A stretch of DNA of 62,060 nucleotides, the filler included, from Sphacelaria rigidula (Eukaryota): the NCBI GenBank assembly GCA_964200075.2. It is 11 parts of 11 records of this genome, joined end to end, with 100 filler letters (N's around TTAATTAATTAA, not from the genome) between each part and the next. Parts side by side here need not be neighbours in the genome. Positions count along the whole stretch, not along the records: positions 5,652 to 11,202 come from CAXNAA020026395.1; positions 11,303 to 16,853 come from CAXNAA020026396.1; positions 16,954 to 22,504 come from CAXNAA020026397.1; positions 22,605 to 28,155 come from CAXNAA020026398.1; 7 more parts are not named here. One strand, given 5' to 3'. Position 1 is the stretch's first letter. Each line of letters begins with the position of its first letter. Positions 9,895-23,199 of this stretch are shown piece by piece. Made by a program: the position numbers and the translations under genes. A model generated the notes under the pieces. The model ran no database searches, had not been told where the DNA came from, and saw only the letters and a list, made by a program, of their open reading frames with translations.

Positions 9895-11202
9895 TTGCCT
9901 ACTTACGAATCTTTACGCCGTCAGCGTTTGCTTTCTTCAATCCCTCCAAAACCAAAACCCTTTACTATTACTTCCCCTGTTCACGAAGAAGTGAAATCCG
10001 ACAGAGCTTCGACTCGCAGCTCTGGCGACTACACGTCTCGAGACTTAGCTACTGCTGGTGCTCACCATCGCCATCTGTTCCAAGACTCCGGGCACTATCG
10101 ACGAGTCGCTCCGCGCTCGCTCTGTCGCGGATCGTTCATTGCCCAAGACTCCCGGCACTATCGAAGAGTCGCTCCGCGCTCGCTCTGTCGCGGATCGTTC
10201 ATTGCCCAAGACTCCCGGCACTATCGACGAGTCGCTTCGCGCTCGCTCTGCCGCGGACCGTACACTGTCCAAGACTTCCAACATGGTCGACGAGTCGCTA
10301 CGCGCTCGCTCTGTTGTGCGACGGGCTCAGTCTCAGGGCTCCCACATGTCTGAGGAGTCGCCACGCGCCGCCACTGTTGTGGACCGCCACCCGCTTCAGG
10401 CTTCTACAGCAGTTGTTGACTCACCCCGCGCTCGCGATGTTGAGGGTTACGACGTCTCCCAGCGGCAACGCCGGCAAGACAGGTATCGTGAGGACATTTC
10501 TGTTCACCGCACCGCGCGCCAACCATCCTCCTCGCGCCGTGGCCGCTCTGCAGCGCCTTCCACAGAGCACTTGCCTTCAGTGACGGCCCTCGAGCACTTG
10601 CTTCGTTCGTCACCGGCTGTCGTTTCTGACGGTCCGGCGACCACTGCCCTTTCACAAGCGCTTGCGACTGCGTTTCACACAGCCGTTGAACATTCAACGC
10701 CTTCTCATCATGTTCGCCTTGACAGTAATATGAACCATCAAGCTTCCGTGCCACTGGCCGTCGACTCTGATGATGCACGTTCAACCTCAGATGCTGTTTC
10801 TGATTTTGACTTGGACCATGACGACCTTGTTCACCACGGTGATACCACTACTCATGCCCATGATGTACGTGCACTGCTATCGGGACTATCTTCAACTACG
10901 GCATCTTCATGGCCTAAATCTGTCGATCAGACATATGTAAGCTCACGACTACCCGCTGATGCTTCGTTGCCTAATATTCACGCACCTTCGCGCGGCGGAC
11001 ACAGCACTCACCGTGCCCTTCCGCCCCATCCTGATGCTGCCACTGTGCGTGCTGTCGAACAACAAATTGCAGATCTTCGTCGCTACTTACGTTCCGCTGC
11101 AACTATGGCCAACGCTCCTGCACCTTCGACTTCTGCGCCAGTCGCAGCCACCGCCCCGTCCACCGCTGCCGACATCGACACGGACGCCGAGAGCACCCGT
11201 GT
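9895..11202 (+). mobile_element. 5' part of a long low-complexity Gag-like ORF of a retroelement (probable frameshift near 10060; runs off the contig)
   Basis: S/A/T/D/R-rich intronless ORF after a ~1 kb pyrimidine-rich leader; shares two motifs (ALSQALATAFHTAV..HVRL and HAHDVRALLSGLS) with the ORF at 45209-46628. Confidence 0.55.
10080..10450 (+). repeat. 63-bp coding tandem repeat (SLPKTPGTIDESLRARSVADR): 3 near-perfect and 3 decayed copies
   Basis: CAAGACT recurs at 10081, 10144, 10207 and 10270; degenerate units follow. Confidence 0.95.
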
Positions 11203-11449
11203 NNNNNNNNNNNNNNNNNNNNNNNNNNNNNNNNNNNNNNNNNNNNTTAATTAATTAANNNNNNNNNNNNNNNNNNNNNNNNNNNNNNNNNNNNNNNNNN
11301 NNTTCTAAGTAATCCCAAACGGAATTCGGAAAATTGCTGTTGTTGTGCTTTTTTTTTTTTTTTTCGTAGTCTCACGTAACTCATTGTTGTTGTCGTGCGA
11401 AGAAAGCCCCAACCAAGCAAACAAACTATGGACGGTGGCGATAGCTTAC

Positions 11450-11935
11450 CGGTGTCGCCATCAAAGCAGACAGCGGCGGACAGGTGAAGAAGAACGGCTC
11501 AGCAGACACTGGCACCACTTGCTCCTCCCAACTATCATCGCCCCTGCTACTCTCATCCCCCCGGTTACTTTCACTACCCGTCTCCGACTTGATCTTTTCG
11601 TCTGGGACAGGAGTAGTGGCGGCACCATCGACTACGGCGCCGTTCACTGCCGTCGATTTGTCCCCGGCCGCGGACGCCCTTCCTGCGGCGATCTTCTCTC
11701 CTGCAGCAGCTGATCCGACCGCCTTCGGCTGCAGATTACCCTTTTCCCCGGTAGTTTGCTGTTCTGCTTCTCGTGGAGGAGTCCCTGACAATGGGTGATT
11801 GGCATCGGCAGGATCTGCTGGGGCATTAGGATCTTCCCCGCCGCGTGCTTGGGATTCTTCTGGGGATGGTTGTGGCCGAGTGCAGAGCAGTGGTAGAGTG
11901 TGATCCAGCCCGTGTGCAACCGAGAGCAACCGAAT
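11450..11935 (-). CDS. Exon of RCC1-repeat/IPT-TIG protein (3rd visible exon)
   Basis: CAG acceptor, CCG|GTAAGC donor, 486 bp, phase 0/0, in phase with exon 13632-14957. Confidence 0.7.
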
Positions 11936-12363
11936 CTGACCGCCACGACGACCGGACGTCATTGAGAAACGTTTTTCGTCATTGATTTTATGTCTGAAAT
12001 GGAAAAGGAGAGGCAATCGATCGTTATAGAGAGCTATATTTGCGCCGTTGGCGAACTACCGGTACTAGATAAATTGTTTACGGACGGTGAGTCACTTGAG
12101 CACCTCCGGAGCGGGACTGTATACACAGTCGTTTGGGTGGTGCATTGTCTGATTTCTCGTTGAGCCTCGATACTAGTCCGCAGCTCGAGCGGGGGACGGT
12201 AAAAACTAGCCACGGTTCGGACGAATCATCACCGATCCGAATAATCAAATCTACGATTGTTCGGGTCTGATTGCTCGAACGAGGAAAAAATGTTGAAGGC
12301 TGGTCAAAGCGTTCTTCACGCAATTTTTGCGCCATTCCACGTGCCTGGGGTGCGCGTACCGGG

Positions 12364-12452
12364 GTTGCAACGCTGAAAACAAAGCCTAAGGATTGATTCG
12401 TACGGTACGAATCAATTACACTAAAATCAAGCAAGTTCCGGACGAATCATTA
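12364..12452 (-). repeat. Interspersed repeat; second copy at 56323-56410 (+)
   Basis: The reverse complement shares TAATGATTCGTC.GGAA and CGTACGAATCAATCC.TAGGCTTTGTT.TCAGCG.TGCA with the end of contig 10. Confidence 0.75.
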
Positions 12453-12687
12453 CCTCGCCCGGCCCTTGAAACCAGCTTGTGATAGCCGTGACAAAGTGAT
12501 GTCGAATCCTACATCATTTTCTCGATCAGGACAGCTACCAGAGAAGGTAGAGATGTCACAGTAACCGTTGAGCTCTTCGGCGAGCGTTTTCGACATATTC
12601 AATCAGCAAAAACTGACTCCAGCGGTCAAATCGCTCTTGACTAGTATTTTGTAGGAAGATAATAGATACAGAAGTACATACCAGAAT

Positions 12688-12729
12688 CATGTTCATGTTC
12701 ATGTTCATGTTCATGTTCATGTTCATGTT
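12688..12729 (+). repeat. (CATGTT)n microsatellite
   Basis: Seven consecutive CATGTT units. Confidence 0.95.
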
Positions 12730-12768
12730 TGACCGTTTCTTATGTCTTTTCATTTTCTAGGCTAAAAT

Positions 12769-13175
12769 TTCAGTTTTCGGACATTTGACACAGTTTTTGG
12801 CCCCCTAACAGGAAATATCGCCATCACATGTCTTGGAACTTTGCATAATCCCACCGAAAGGGGTCTAGCCCTCTTTTCCAATACGCTTGACTTCGCGGTT
12901 CAAGAATGGCGTCTGAATAAAAATCCACCTGGACATAAAAAATGGAGCACCATGTGGATAAAATAGAAGAATCACTAGAGATTCCTGCAGAGAATTTATT
13001 ACTTCATGTCCAGCTGCACTTTTGTTCGGATGCCATTGCTGAAACCTCGGAGACAAGCTAATCGGAAAAGTGGGCTAGACTCACCTCAGTGAGGTGATGC
13101 AAAGTGTCCAAGGCATGTGATGGCGACAGGCCCTGTTTGGGGGCAAAAAGCCGCGTCAAATGTCCCAAAACCGAA
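12769..13175. repeat. Second member of the fold-back palindrome family (intronic)
   Basis: Ends TTCAGTTTTCGGACATTTGAC / GTCAAATGTCCCAAAACCGAA are reverse-complementary; the arms are homologous to the inner arms of 760-1483. Confidence 0.85.
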
Positions 13176-13631
13176 GAAATGCTCTCCCCAAAAGCGCAAA
13201 CGTATGAACGATCTTATGCGCATTATCGGTAGGAATAGGTGCAAAGTGCAAGAATCCTGCTTAACACAGTGAACTACGGCCAAGAGCGGCGCAAACTTCA
13301 TGGGCGGTAACCCTAGAGTGGTCGTCAGAGTTCGATGGTAGAACATCTTGGATGGCCCCGCAGTTGACTTTTGTTGAGATGGACCAATAATCACTAAGCT
13401 CTCTGACGAGTGTCCCCGTGACATCTCGTCTCGTCGAGAGAACCAGGCTACGTCACGAGGATACATATGTCGTTAATTTTGTACACCTCGGACGAGTGCA
13501 AAAAACGGTAGGGGCGGGGATCGTGTCGAAATACCTCACCAGGTGATTTGTGAGTCATTACTTCACAGATAGGAGCAGCAAGCGTTTTGATGTCAAATAT
13601 CACCGCTACTTCAACTGCTGACAAACCTTAC

Positions 13632-14483
13632 CTTCGGATCGAGTCCTCGAAAAGTACTCTGCATGGGCACGAGCTCGACCACGCCTCCCTCTGCCGCCGG
13701 GACGAAACCACCCCCCTGCAGTGTTAAGGGTGATTCACCGTACAGCGTCAGCCGCTCCGGTACGGCAAAGTACTCCTCGCCATCAACGGACGCTTCCACG
13801 ACGACACTTCGTGCGGCAGGGCGTGTCACCACCTCCTTGGACAATCGCTTCGGCGAACAAGCGGGCGCGGCAATGGCAGCGACCACCACAAGATCCGAGA
13901 CCGCCGCAACTGGCACCACCCCAGTGATGCTGGCAGATTCTCGGTTGAACTCCACCGTATGGAGAGGGATCACGTTAGTATTGTTGGCGTTGTTGCTGGT
14001 GCTGCTGGTGCTGCTGGCGCTGCTGGCCTTTGGGCCAAACCGGAGTCGTGCGGCCATGTGAGGCCCTGGCCCGCGGTAGAGGTTTCTCCCCATTATGCGG
14101 AGGAGCATTCCATTTACTACTGTTGCTGCTGCATCCGAAGTTTTCTCTGCGCCTGTGACCGACGCAGCCGGTAAGGAGCGAATGGGTAAGGCAGCTGGCA
14201 AACATACGTCCGCGTGAGGATCGTGGGCGATGAATCGAAGTGAGGATTCTGTTTTCTCCACAAAAGATACACCATTGGGTGTGACACTAACCCTCGCAAT
14301 GAATGGAAGTTTTCCGTCGTCCTCGCACCATTCACTCAGCGGCGGAGGCTCACACGTGATGAACGATCGCTGCTCGAACATTGGCTCCTCTGTTTCCGGG
14401 TGCTCGCCGATATTGACAAGCTCGGACTCTACCCTGCCCGGGACGATGAACTCCCGAGGAGACCAAGTGGGGGCTGATGGGCA

Positions 14484-14553
<70 letters not shown>

Positions 14554-14957
14554 GGTCGTTGTGGTTGTTGTTGTGGTTGTTGTTGTTGTTGTGGTTGTTG
14601 TGGTTGTTGGTGGTCTGCAGACACGATTTCACTGTCGTTGCCGCTGGGCTTCGGCAGATCATCAGAATCTCTTTGCTGGCCTATTGACATGAGGTCATTG
14701 TTGTCGCCAGTGAACCTTGGTTGGTCAGTAGAATCGCTATCGATAGGAGTGCTTTCCGCCGCTTCCTCGTCCTCCTGTAGCTCTTTAAAGCGGACCATGA
14801 GAGTGCCATTGGTGTCTGGAGTTATGTGATTGCCATCGATTCTCAGCCTTGGGTAAGGAGGTCTACACAAGTCTGGCGTGATCTGAGTAGGCTCCGGCGT
14901 CTTGTAGTACTGGAATTTAGTGCCGTTCGAGGTGAACGTCTTCCCATCGATCGAAAC
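13632..14957 (-). CDS. Exon of RCC1-repeat/IPT-TIG protein (IPT-like repeats, polyQ tract)
   Basis: TTTTGTTCAG acceptor, AAG|GTAAGG donor, 1326 bp phase 0/0; IPT-type motifs VSIDGKTF..F.YY, LRIDGNHI..VRF, VSVTPNGVSF and VEASVDGEEY; polyQ from (CAA/CAG)n at 14486-14610. Confidence 0.88.
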
Positions 14958-15242
14958 CTGAACAAAACCCAACGTTGCGTGTCGTGCGACTTGCAATTAC
15001 TCTACTGTTTGTGAGTCTCAAGGACGAAAACTTGACACATCAAAGCCCCGCAGCCACATCCATCTCTCGCTCATTGACTGGTGCGAGGTAGGGAAGCGAT
15101 CGGCAATAATAGCTGTGCTCCTGCAAAGTCGCCACCTGCATGCGCAGCGAGTGAACTATTTCGCAAAAGATATTCTTGAAGCAACACATGGAGCAGCCAT
15201 TTGGTTAACGATAAGTACGCATTGTTGAAGTGTCAAACTCAC

Positions 15243-16175
15243 CTCCACAAACACTTCTTCCGGAGAGGCAAAACACGGCGCAGTACACTCTATAAACTCA
15301 CAACGACCGTCGTGGCTACCGTTGCCGCTGAAGTCTTCATCCCTTTCGCCTTCTCGAATAACGTAAATTCCTACCGCAGATCGCGTAGCTATCGGCTTGT
15401 GCCCCACCCTCTGAGACACTGGCGCGAATCTCACGATTATATCAGGCGAGTCCCAAAATGCGTCGCCATGAATCGCGACCTTACACCCAACTTCCATTGG
15501 CCCTGAGACAGGGTATATGGAGGACACGCGAAGAGGGACAAGGGCCACACCACCCGCGCTGCAGAGTGCAAAGTCCGTTACCCTCATTGGTGCTAGACGT
15601 TCAAGGCGCCGAGGGGAAAATGCACCAGTATCATCGTCACTGTGGTTATCTTCAGGCCCAGATCGTTGTTCGTTGTTCTTTGGGTGGCCTTGACGATAGC
15701 GACGCGTGCATCCCCATGTCAAGAGCTGGCCGTCGGAAGTAAGCGCCCCCGAGAAATTTCCGGAGGCGTGGATTTTCACGACTGTGATCGCTGTGTCGTC
15801 CTCAACGACGGCGTTGTTGCTACGTCTGTTTTTTTTGTTGTCGTCGCTGACTATATGTTCGCCACAGCTGCGCCCTGCACCATCACTGTCGTTACCGCAG
15901 GCACTGTCACTGTGACCACCGCTGGCTAGCGTCACGTGCTCAGGAAAAAAGCGTGTTCGATTGTCTCCGAGGCCGAGGGAGCCAAGGGCATTGAACCCCC
16001 AGGAAAAAACAGCGCCACTACTCGTCCGAGCGAGCGTGTGGGCCCATCCCGCGGCAACTTCACGGAAGGGCTCTCCGGTGTGGGGACAAGCAGTGATGAC
16101 CACCGTTGGTACCGAGTGTCCAGTAACCCGACCTACTCCCAGCTGGCCGATGGCACCCTCCCCGAAGGCCCAAAC
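15243..16175 (-). CDS. Exon of RCC1-repeat/IPT-TIG protein (RCC1 blades plus first IPT domain)
   Basis: TAG acceptor, GAG|GTGAGT donor, 933 bp; VWAFGEGAIGQLG, VAAGWAHTLA..SGAVFSWGFNALGSLGLG, ALTSDGQLLTWG (RCC1); VSSIYPVSGPMEVG..VAIHG..F (IPT/TIG). Confidence 0.92.
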
Positions 16176-19100
16176 CTAGGGAAGTAATGGAAATTTAGAG
16201 GAGGGAGCGGGCGAGTACAGTCTTCCTTCAAGATGTCGAGAACCGCGGCCCATCTAGTACCTCGTCTAGACGTTGCAAGTATTGTCTGTTTTAGCGTCGT
16301 CGAGGGGATGGTTATGTGGACCTTCAATATTATTGCATCGCGCGCTGAACCTGTAAGTATACCCACTACACTAATTTACGCACTCACCCAAGGGCGCACC
16401 AAAAAAAAATTCCGTGACCCACACCCCCTTTTTTTTGTTTTGGGTCCACCGAGGGGGGGGGGGGCTCTCAGTACACTAATTCCTATATATAACTCTACCA
16501 CACACTAATTCCTATATAAAAATCATTTGATATTAGACTTTGGGTTCTAGCGGAGCTGGCGGCATGGAAGATAGTCAGCTTACAGTTCGGATAATAGGCA
16601 AATGAATGTAGGTGTGAGTTGGTGTGAGGCCAGTGACACTACATGTTCTGCGAGGTACCGCTGACGTAATTTCGGGCGTAAGTAGGGCCGGTCAGGTTAG
16701 GGTTCAAAAAAGGCGTTTCGAACAAGTAGAGTGAGACGAGGAATAGGGCAGCCCTGCCGGGGGAGGGGAGAGGGAAGATCACTTGCAACAGTGTTTTCGT
16801 GAGATTGAGAGTAGATGATACGATTGAGAGTGAAAAGCGGTCAATCAGTGAATNNNNNNNNNNNNNNNNNNNNNNNNNNNNNNNNNNNNNNNNNNNNTTA
16901 ATTAATTAANNNNNNNNNNNNNNNNNNNNNNNNNNNNNNNNNNNNNNNNNNNNCGCTATTTCTTTCCTGTCAAAATGTTCTACAATCAGTCACAAGTCAG
17001 TCGGGGGTTGGTGCCTTGGTTTCGTGGGGCTCATGGGTGAGCGCTCAGGGACGGAGAAGGGACAAAAATGCGCTTTTCAACAACTTTTTTTTTTATACAT
17101 GTGAAGTAGCATCATACCCGATAGTATGATCCGGAATAGTTGAAGTTCAATTTGCTCCCACGGCCACCTGCTGGTCAGCCTTTTCTAGTTTCGTTTCCTT
17201 CAACCCGGTTCATTTCAGTCCCGTATACTTGCTTCTTCATTCGTTTGTCTGCTCTCGTTGTCTTCCACTTTTCCTCGGTGAGCATTCCCATTTTGTTTAC
17301 CTTGGATACGTCCATCATGTGGATAATGACACAGCTGAGTCTCTTGGGGATGACTTGACCGATGGAGGTGATCCGCTCGTGGAACCGGTACGGTTGTATC
17401 ATTTTCTGAAGAACGACGCCGATTCCAGAAATGGAACAGCTCCTGGGGCAAGTAACAAAATAATGAGAATAATAACTGACCTAGCGACGGCGAGCGATGG
17501 TCAATCTGTGAATCGGCATCATGTTCACTCCCTTTTCAAGTGCAAGTGATGCCGATTCACGAATGAACCACCGCTTGCAGTCAATCGGTAATAAAATGTC
17601 CGACGATCGATCAAATCGACAATGCTGACCATAACTATTGTGCTGCGCGAGTGTTACCATGGTGTTTACCTTGGGTACGCCTATCGTGTGACCATGGCTG
17701 TACCACTGGGGACAGTTAATGTGCGACAACCAAGCAATCGACCCTGACCCCAACCTGCTCCGAACGCTGGGCCGTGCTTAGTATTGTGAGCGCTGTAGAC
17801 GTACCAATATGGTGGTTCGCACGAAAACCCAAGAAAAGAATCAGCCGGCACTTAGTTACGCCATAGTGGAGGGTGAACACTACAGGTACATGCTGTCTAC
17901 GGTCTGTACGAGATACTGTGTGGTCTTGAAACCAAACATCCTTCCCACAGCGTACGTACAAGTGTGGAGCTCAAGTCATGATCGCCACCCCCTAAAAGTC
18001 GGGCCACGGCTGTATGCAACCGCATACACCAGAGCGTTGACGCTTCTTGAAGCGATTCTCCACATTTTGCCCCGATCCAACCGACAAACTGAATTTATTC
18101 TCCCCATCACGAACAACAAGACAAAAGTTTTTTGCTACTCCTGACCACGGGCTGGATTGTTGCAATCAGCCAATGTGAGATCATCGATCAATCAATCACA
18201 TTCGATACTTAGCGCAGGACACTTTATTATTCTGCTGAACAAAATGAAGAATAATTTCACATCTGCGGCTGCATGTACCCACGGTCATGTTCAGTGCGGT
18301 ACAGCTATACGAACATTTTTTTCAGAGTTATTTCACTCCGCACTCAGCCGCAAGCCATCCACGGAACATATGATATGGTTACAAGTGTCAAGTCACGAAC
18401 GCACGTGACTATCTCACGTTTGTGGGTACAACATCAATGCGGTTGTATTGTGATCCTATTCTTGCAAAATACTTGCTATTTCTTGGGGAGAAGTTGAGGC
18501 CAAAGAGAGTTCCACCGCTAAAAACAGCTTGTTTTCACGTATGATCCCAGCATACGCGCTATACTGAGCGGACGACTGAGTTCAACACACACGGGGCTTG
18601 ATTCAACATCCAACAATTTTTGAAAAGAAAAACAAAGGAAGTGGTCGATTTACGGGGTAAGGGGATCAATGATGTCGGGGTTAGTAGATACGGACACTGT
18701 GAAGTACAGTCAGCGAGGTACCTCCCCTGTCTTTTGAGAAACGTCCGTGGCACATCCTGGCTTCACGTTCCATCTTCAGAGTTTAGTCCAGTCCAATCCA
18801 GTCAAGTCCAGAGAAAGCAAAATGCGGCTGGAGCGCGTTGGTATCCATCTGGCTGGCTCTACTCTCTCGATGGGAGTCGCTACGTTGTTGATCATGAGTG
18901 GGTTCGAACCCATCTTGCTGGCTCTACTCTCGGTAGGAGGCGCTCCACCACTGACCATGGTGCATGTTGCACTGTTGTTGCTGTTTCTGGCTGTTCTTAT
19001 GTACATAGCTTTTACAACCGTAGTGAGTTTGATCACATCCCACAGTACAGTCAGGAGTAGTTTGTAGCAGCCAGCGACACACCATTGCATTCTTGAGCTA

Positions 19101-22100
19101 CACACCACATAACAGTCCTCCATGAACTACTACTGTACCGTTGTCTATCGTACCGTTCTCCGCAATGGCACCCGCGTTGCTCCGTTGAATTTGAGCGCAA
19201 ACGCCGCCAACGATAGATTTGCACATGACAGTACAGCCAGTGCAGCCAATACAGAGCCAGTTTTTGTCGTGTGTTGATCCTTCCTTTTGTACTATGTGCT
19301 CCCTATAAATGCGGTCTATACTGAGCTCAAGAGAGTGCAGAGAGAGGCAGCATCTTCAGTCTTGCATCTTGTCAGAAAAAAAAGCTGTTGCACCCCTCTC
19401 AGCGGCAAAATGTCGACTCCACAACTACTTTTCCGTTTGTTACGCCACTTCATTTGTCACGCCACTCGCGTGCTACCGGTAGCGTATAACATCCGCTCAG
19501 TCAGGAGTTCGGCCTGAGTACAATCCGCAACGAAAATGAGGAACACGGCATCTAGACAAGACGCAACACACTAGCCAGCGCAGCAGTATGTTGCACATAC
19601 AGAACAATGGAAGCGTCGCACCTTGTAGACGACACCGTAGGTGCCTTCACCGATTTTCTCCAGCTTTTGATAGCGCTGCATTGTGCCGCTGCCTCACCCC
19701 ACAGAGGACCGCTGCCCGCCCTCCGCCCCGGTTCCCACCCAAGGAATCACCCCTTTGTTGCAAACCGTACCAAAACCCAGCCCAGGTAACTCCAGCCAAC
19801 CTGTCGACCCAAGACAACCAACGTTATAATTTCTCCTTCGACATGCAGTCCTCTTCCGGGATAGTTTTTGACACGCCTCAAGCGAGAGAGTAGCAGGAAG
19901 GCGGGATAGTCAAGGCAGAGATATGTACCTCGATACTCCCCCTACTTGCTGGATGAACACTTCGAAAGACGACAACAGTTCAGACAGTAAGTATTATACG
20001 GTAGTGAAGTATAACAACCGAATACCACATACTGGACGGACGTATGCGCGTCTTCATGAACCATTCGCCTCCCTCCACGCGCGAAATATATACATACTGA
20101 CTCTTACCTCTACAGTACTGTTGCTCGTATGTTCATCCGTCAAACCTGCTGCGCTACGCCATCACATGTGCCGCAAGAAGCGGTAGGGATCGGTTTCAAC
20201 TCAACTAACGGACGTTTGGCAGGTGTGTCGCCAGTAACATGATAACTGGGTCTGTGCTGCTGTCGGTATTATCGAAGACGGGTGCGCGGTTGATGTAGAA
20301 CTCATGAGGCCTTATAGACCAGTTGCTGACCGGACGTGTTTCGCGCACACGTAGTGTCTACAGCCCGAGATGATACTGCTTGTTGATGTCGCTCCACGCT
20401 TTTCAAGATGAAGGCTATATACCGCCCCCTCACGTCGTCAACAGGACAATAACAAATGGCACACACAGGAGCGGGGGCTACCAGTGCACACGACATCCTG
20501 GTGTGTAGTAGGGACCACGGAAAACCTTGTTTGGAACATGATTTGGGGGCCAAGGGGGATGATGCTAGAAAAGCTACACTTGGCACCATGAGCTTACGGT
20601 CCACGACTCCACCTCATGTTCCTGAACTATAAGAACAGGATGTACCGGAACACCTACTACCCGAACTGCATCGTCGTCGTACAACACGAAACTGACGTTT
20701 TTCAAGCTCATATGTCGTGGAATAGCTATTACCTATCACACGGGGCCCCGGTGTCTTGCACACAAGGATGATGTCCCGTGGCCTTAGCCGAAACACCCGA
20801 TGGTTGAGACACACACACACCCGACCGCAGACCCCAGGCTCACGCACCCAATACAACACGTTGCTTCTCCTAGAGATTACATTGGAACACAGCCGACTAC
20901 TCTATGTGACGCAGCCCTTATGAGCGCAGGCATGTGTGCACACGTTGGCACGGCAGGGGCTGCTTTTGATTTTGACCGCATAACCTACCTGAATGAACAA
21001 CCTGCCAACTGCCAACCTATAAGGGTACAAGAGCATGGAAAACATGCCAACCTTCAACTTATCTATGCGAACTGAATATTCGTTACCATCATCGCCACTT
21101 ACCGTGCCTTGTTTTTGTGGTGTCTTCGGGGCAGTAAAGTCGGGATAACACGTCTCCACAGCGCCGTACTCCGTGATTGAAGCGTACGGTATGCAGAGTG
21201 TACTGGTACTGCCTGTACTATACTGTATTTTACTCGGTACGACTTTATTGTGTCGTGGCTACGGCACTGCGGTTTCGTACCGCCTTTACAACGGGTGGTA
21301 TTTTCATTTAAAATTTTGGATTCATTTGCCAGACCCGCGGTCAAACAGTTGGATCAGATACCGTACGTCGACTAGGTGGAGGCCGGATCTTGCCGAAACC
21401 AAAAAAAGACGCGGGAAGGGGACAAAGCGTTTCATAAGAAACATGTGAATACGTCGCCGCAACCATAGACCCGCTCGGAAATCAATCGACATGCTGCTTC
21501 TAAAAGCTTGTTCCTTTTCCCACTTCCTTTTTTGGTCTCGATGAGACGCGGCCTCAGGGTGTGTGTGCCGTGTCATTTGGCAGATCACGACGAACCTCGA
21601 CCAATCAAAGCCCGATTTCACTTCGGGGGAACCTCGACGAGTGCGGGTCAATAAAGTTAGAGTAAGGCTGACAACCCCCACACTCACATCAATGGCGCGG
21701 TTCGCCTTCGAGCCCGCAGTATATGCTACTCAGTAGGTGAAAATATACTATAAACATTATTATAAATAATAGTTTGATGTCATCATGATTATATTATTAT
21801 TGTCATGTATACGTAAAAGACCTCGACTTCGTACACAACGACATATTATATGTACCGATCGTATGTTTCAAGGGTGCTGCAGACTGTAACAGCAGATAAA
21901 AGACAAGGCGGCTAATATATCCCTTGTCCTCGTTTCTGCAAAAGAATAGATCACAGTGCAGCAGTATAATGACAGCAATGAGTATTGTTAGCGTTGAATC
22001 AAAATCAATATTATTGGTACCCGCGCCTCCAGTAAAATACAGTGTTACGCCGGGGGAAATTTTCTTCTTTTTTTAATAGTCTTTTAAACGCCTCCGCGAA

Positions 22101-22649
22101 AAACGGTGAAAAGCGTTGGATGATGGCAAATATCCTGTTTTCGCAAGCACGGTCCGCACCTGCTGTGCATTCAAGAGTGGCCCAGACAGCATCGCCCAGG
22201 AGGGAGGAGGAGACGCGTGAACAATTAAGGTGCGTTCATATATAGGAAGATAGTTCCTCGCGCAAATTGCGATGGCAACAGTGCTGTATGCAACGAGTTA
22301 GGGCAGAATCCGTGCAGCTCAGGGTGAACATCACCCCCCTCTCTGAAACCTGACCTCCGGTGTCATGTGAGGACATGGCGCTGGACCTACACGACCAGGA
22401 GAGATACAGAGGGATGTTTCATTATGTAGAGAAAGTAAACTTTCTGTTGCAAAAGATTTCACTGAAATCCATCGCTGTCAAAAAATTAACGACTTGACTG
22501 AAGTNNNNNNNNNNNNNNNNNNNNNNNNNNNNNNNNNNNNNNNNNNNNTTAATTAATTAANNNNNNNNNNNNNNNNNNNNNNNNNNNNNNNNNNNNNNNN
22601 NNNNACACCCCACCCCCACCCCCACTCTGCCGCCCCCAACGCCAACCAG

Positions 22650-23000
22650 GCCCTCGCCAGATCCTCCGCCCTTGGTCTCCGGTCAGCCTTAAGTCTGGCT
22701 GTACCGAGGTTACTCGAGGCCCGACAGCAAGCCGCAGCAAAAGCAACAGCAACAGCACCGACTGCGGCTGTAACCACGGCAGGAGCAGCAGGAGCAGCCC
22801 CTGCTGCTGAGAGGGAAGGGGCTAGAGTAGCATCGGCTACCAGCGACGGAATGGATGTGGAGTTGGAGGGCGAGATGGAGTCGTCTGTGGCTGGTGGTGG
22901 AGTAGCTGAGACCACGGGAGCGGCGGTGATCGAGGAAGACGATGCGCAGGTGGCTAGGCTGGAGGTGCTGGCGAGCCTTGTGGCTACCGTTGACGACAAG
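22650..23000 (+). CDS. MMS19: MMS19 homologue (cytosolic Fe-S assembly HEAT-repeat scaffold), exon A of a partial gene
   Basis: CAG/GT-bounded, 351 bp; ALARSSALGLRSALSLAVPRLLE...QVARLEVLASLVATVDDK resembles my recollection of human MMS19 AAAGASARACDSVTSNVLPLLLE...RRTILEMLLGFL. The tracked minus-strand ORF is its shadow. Confidence 0.72.
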
Positions 23001-23039
23001 GTCTGTGCTTGAGGGGAGGGGTCCAGGTTAATGGTGGGA

Positions 23040-23120
23040 CGGGGGGGGGGGGGGGGGGGGAACGGGAGGGGAGTGCAAAACCGGGGGAAAAAAGTAGGGC
23101 CGATTGGGGCGGGGGGGGGT

Positions 23121-23198
<78 letters not shown>
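23040..23198 (+). repeat. Poly-G tracts in an intron, probably partly a sequencing/assembly artefact
   Basis: G runs of about 20 and about 78 nt flank a G-biased corrupted copy of 23199-23249. Confidence 0.8.

Positions 23199-23199
<1 letters not shown>

Noticed and set aside
10080..10330. CRISPR-like array
   Set aside because: The 63-bp units are contiguous with no unique spacers, lie in a coding frame, and there are no cas genes.
14230..14829. Poly-Cys, poly-Val and poly-Leu ORFs
   Set aside because: Alternative frames of the polyQ microsatellite in the minus-strand exon.
16954..22504. Endogenous virus or a gene in contig 4
   Set aside because: Only short ORFs and isolated exon-like pieces that do not splice in consistent phase; no recognisable viral motif.
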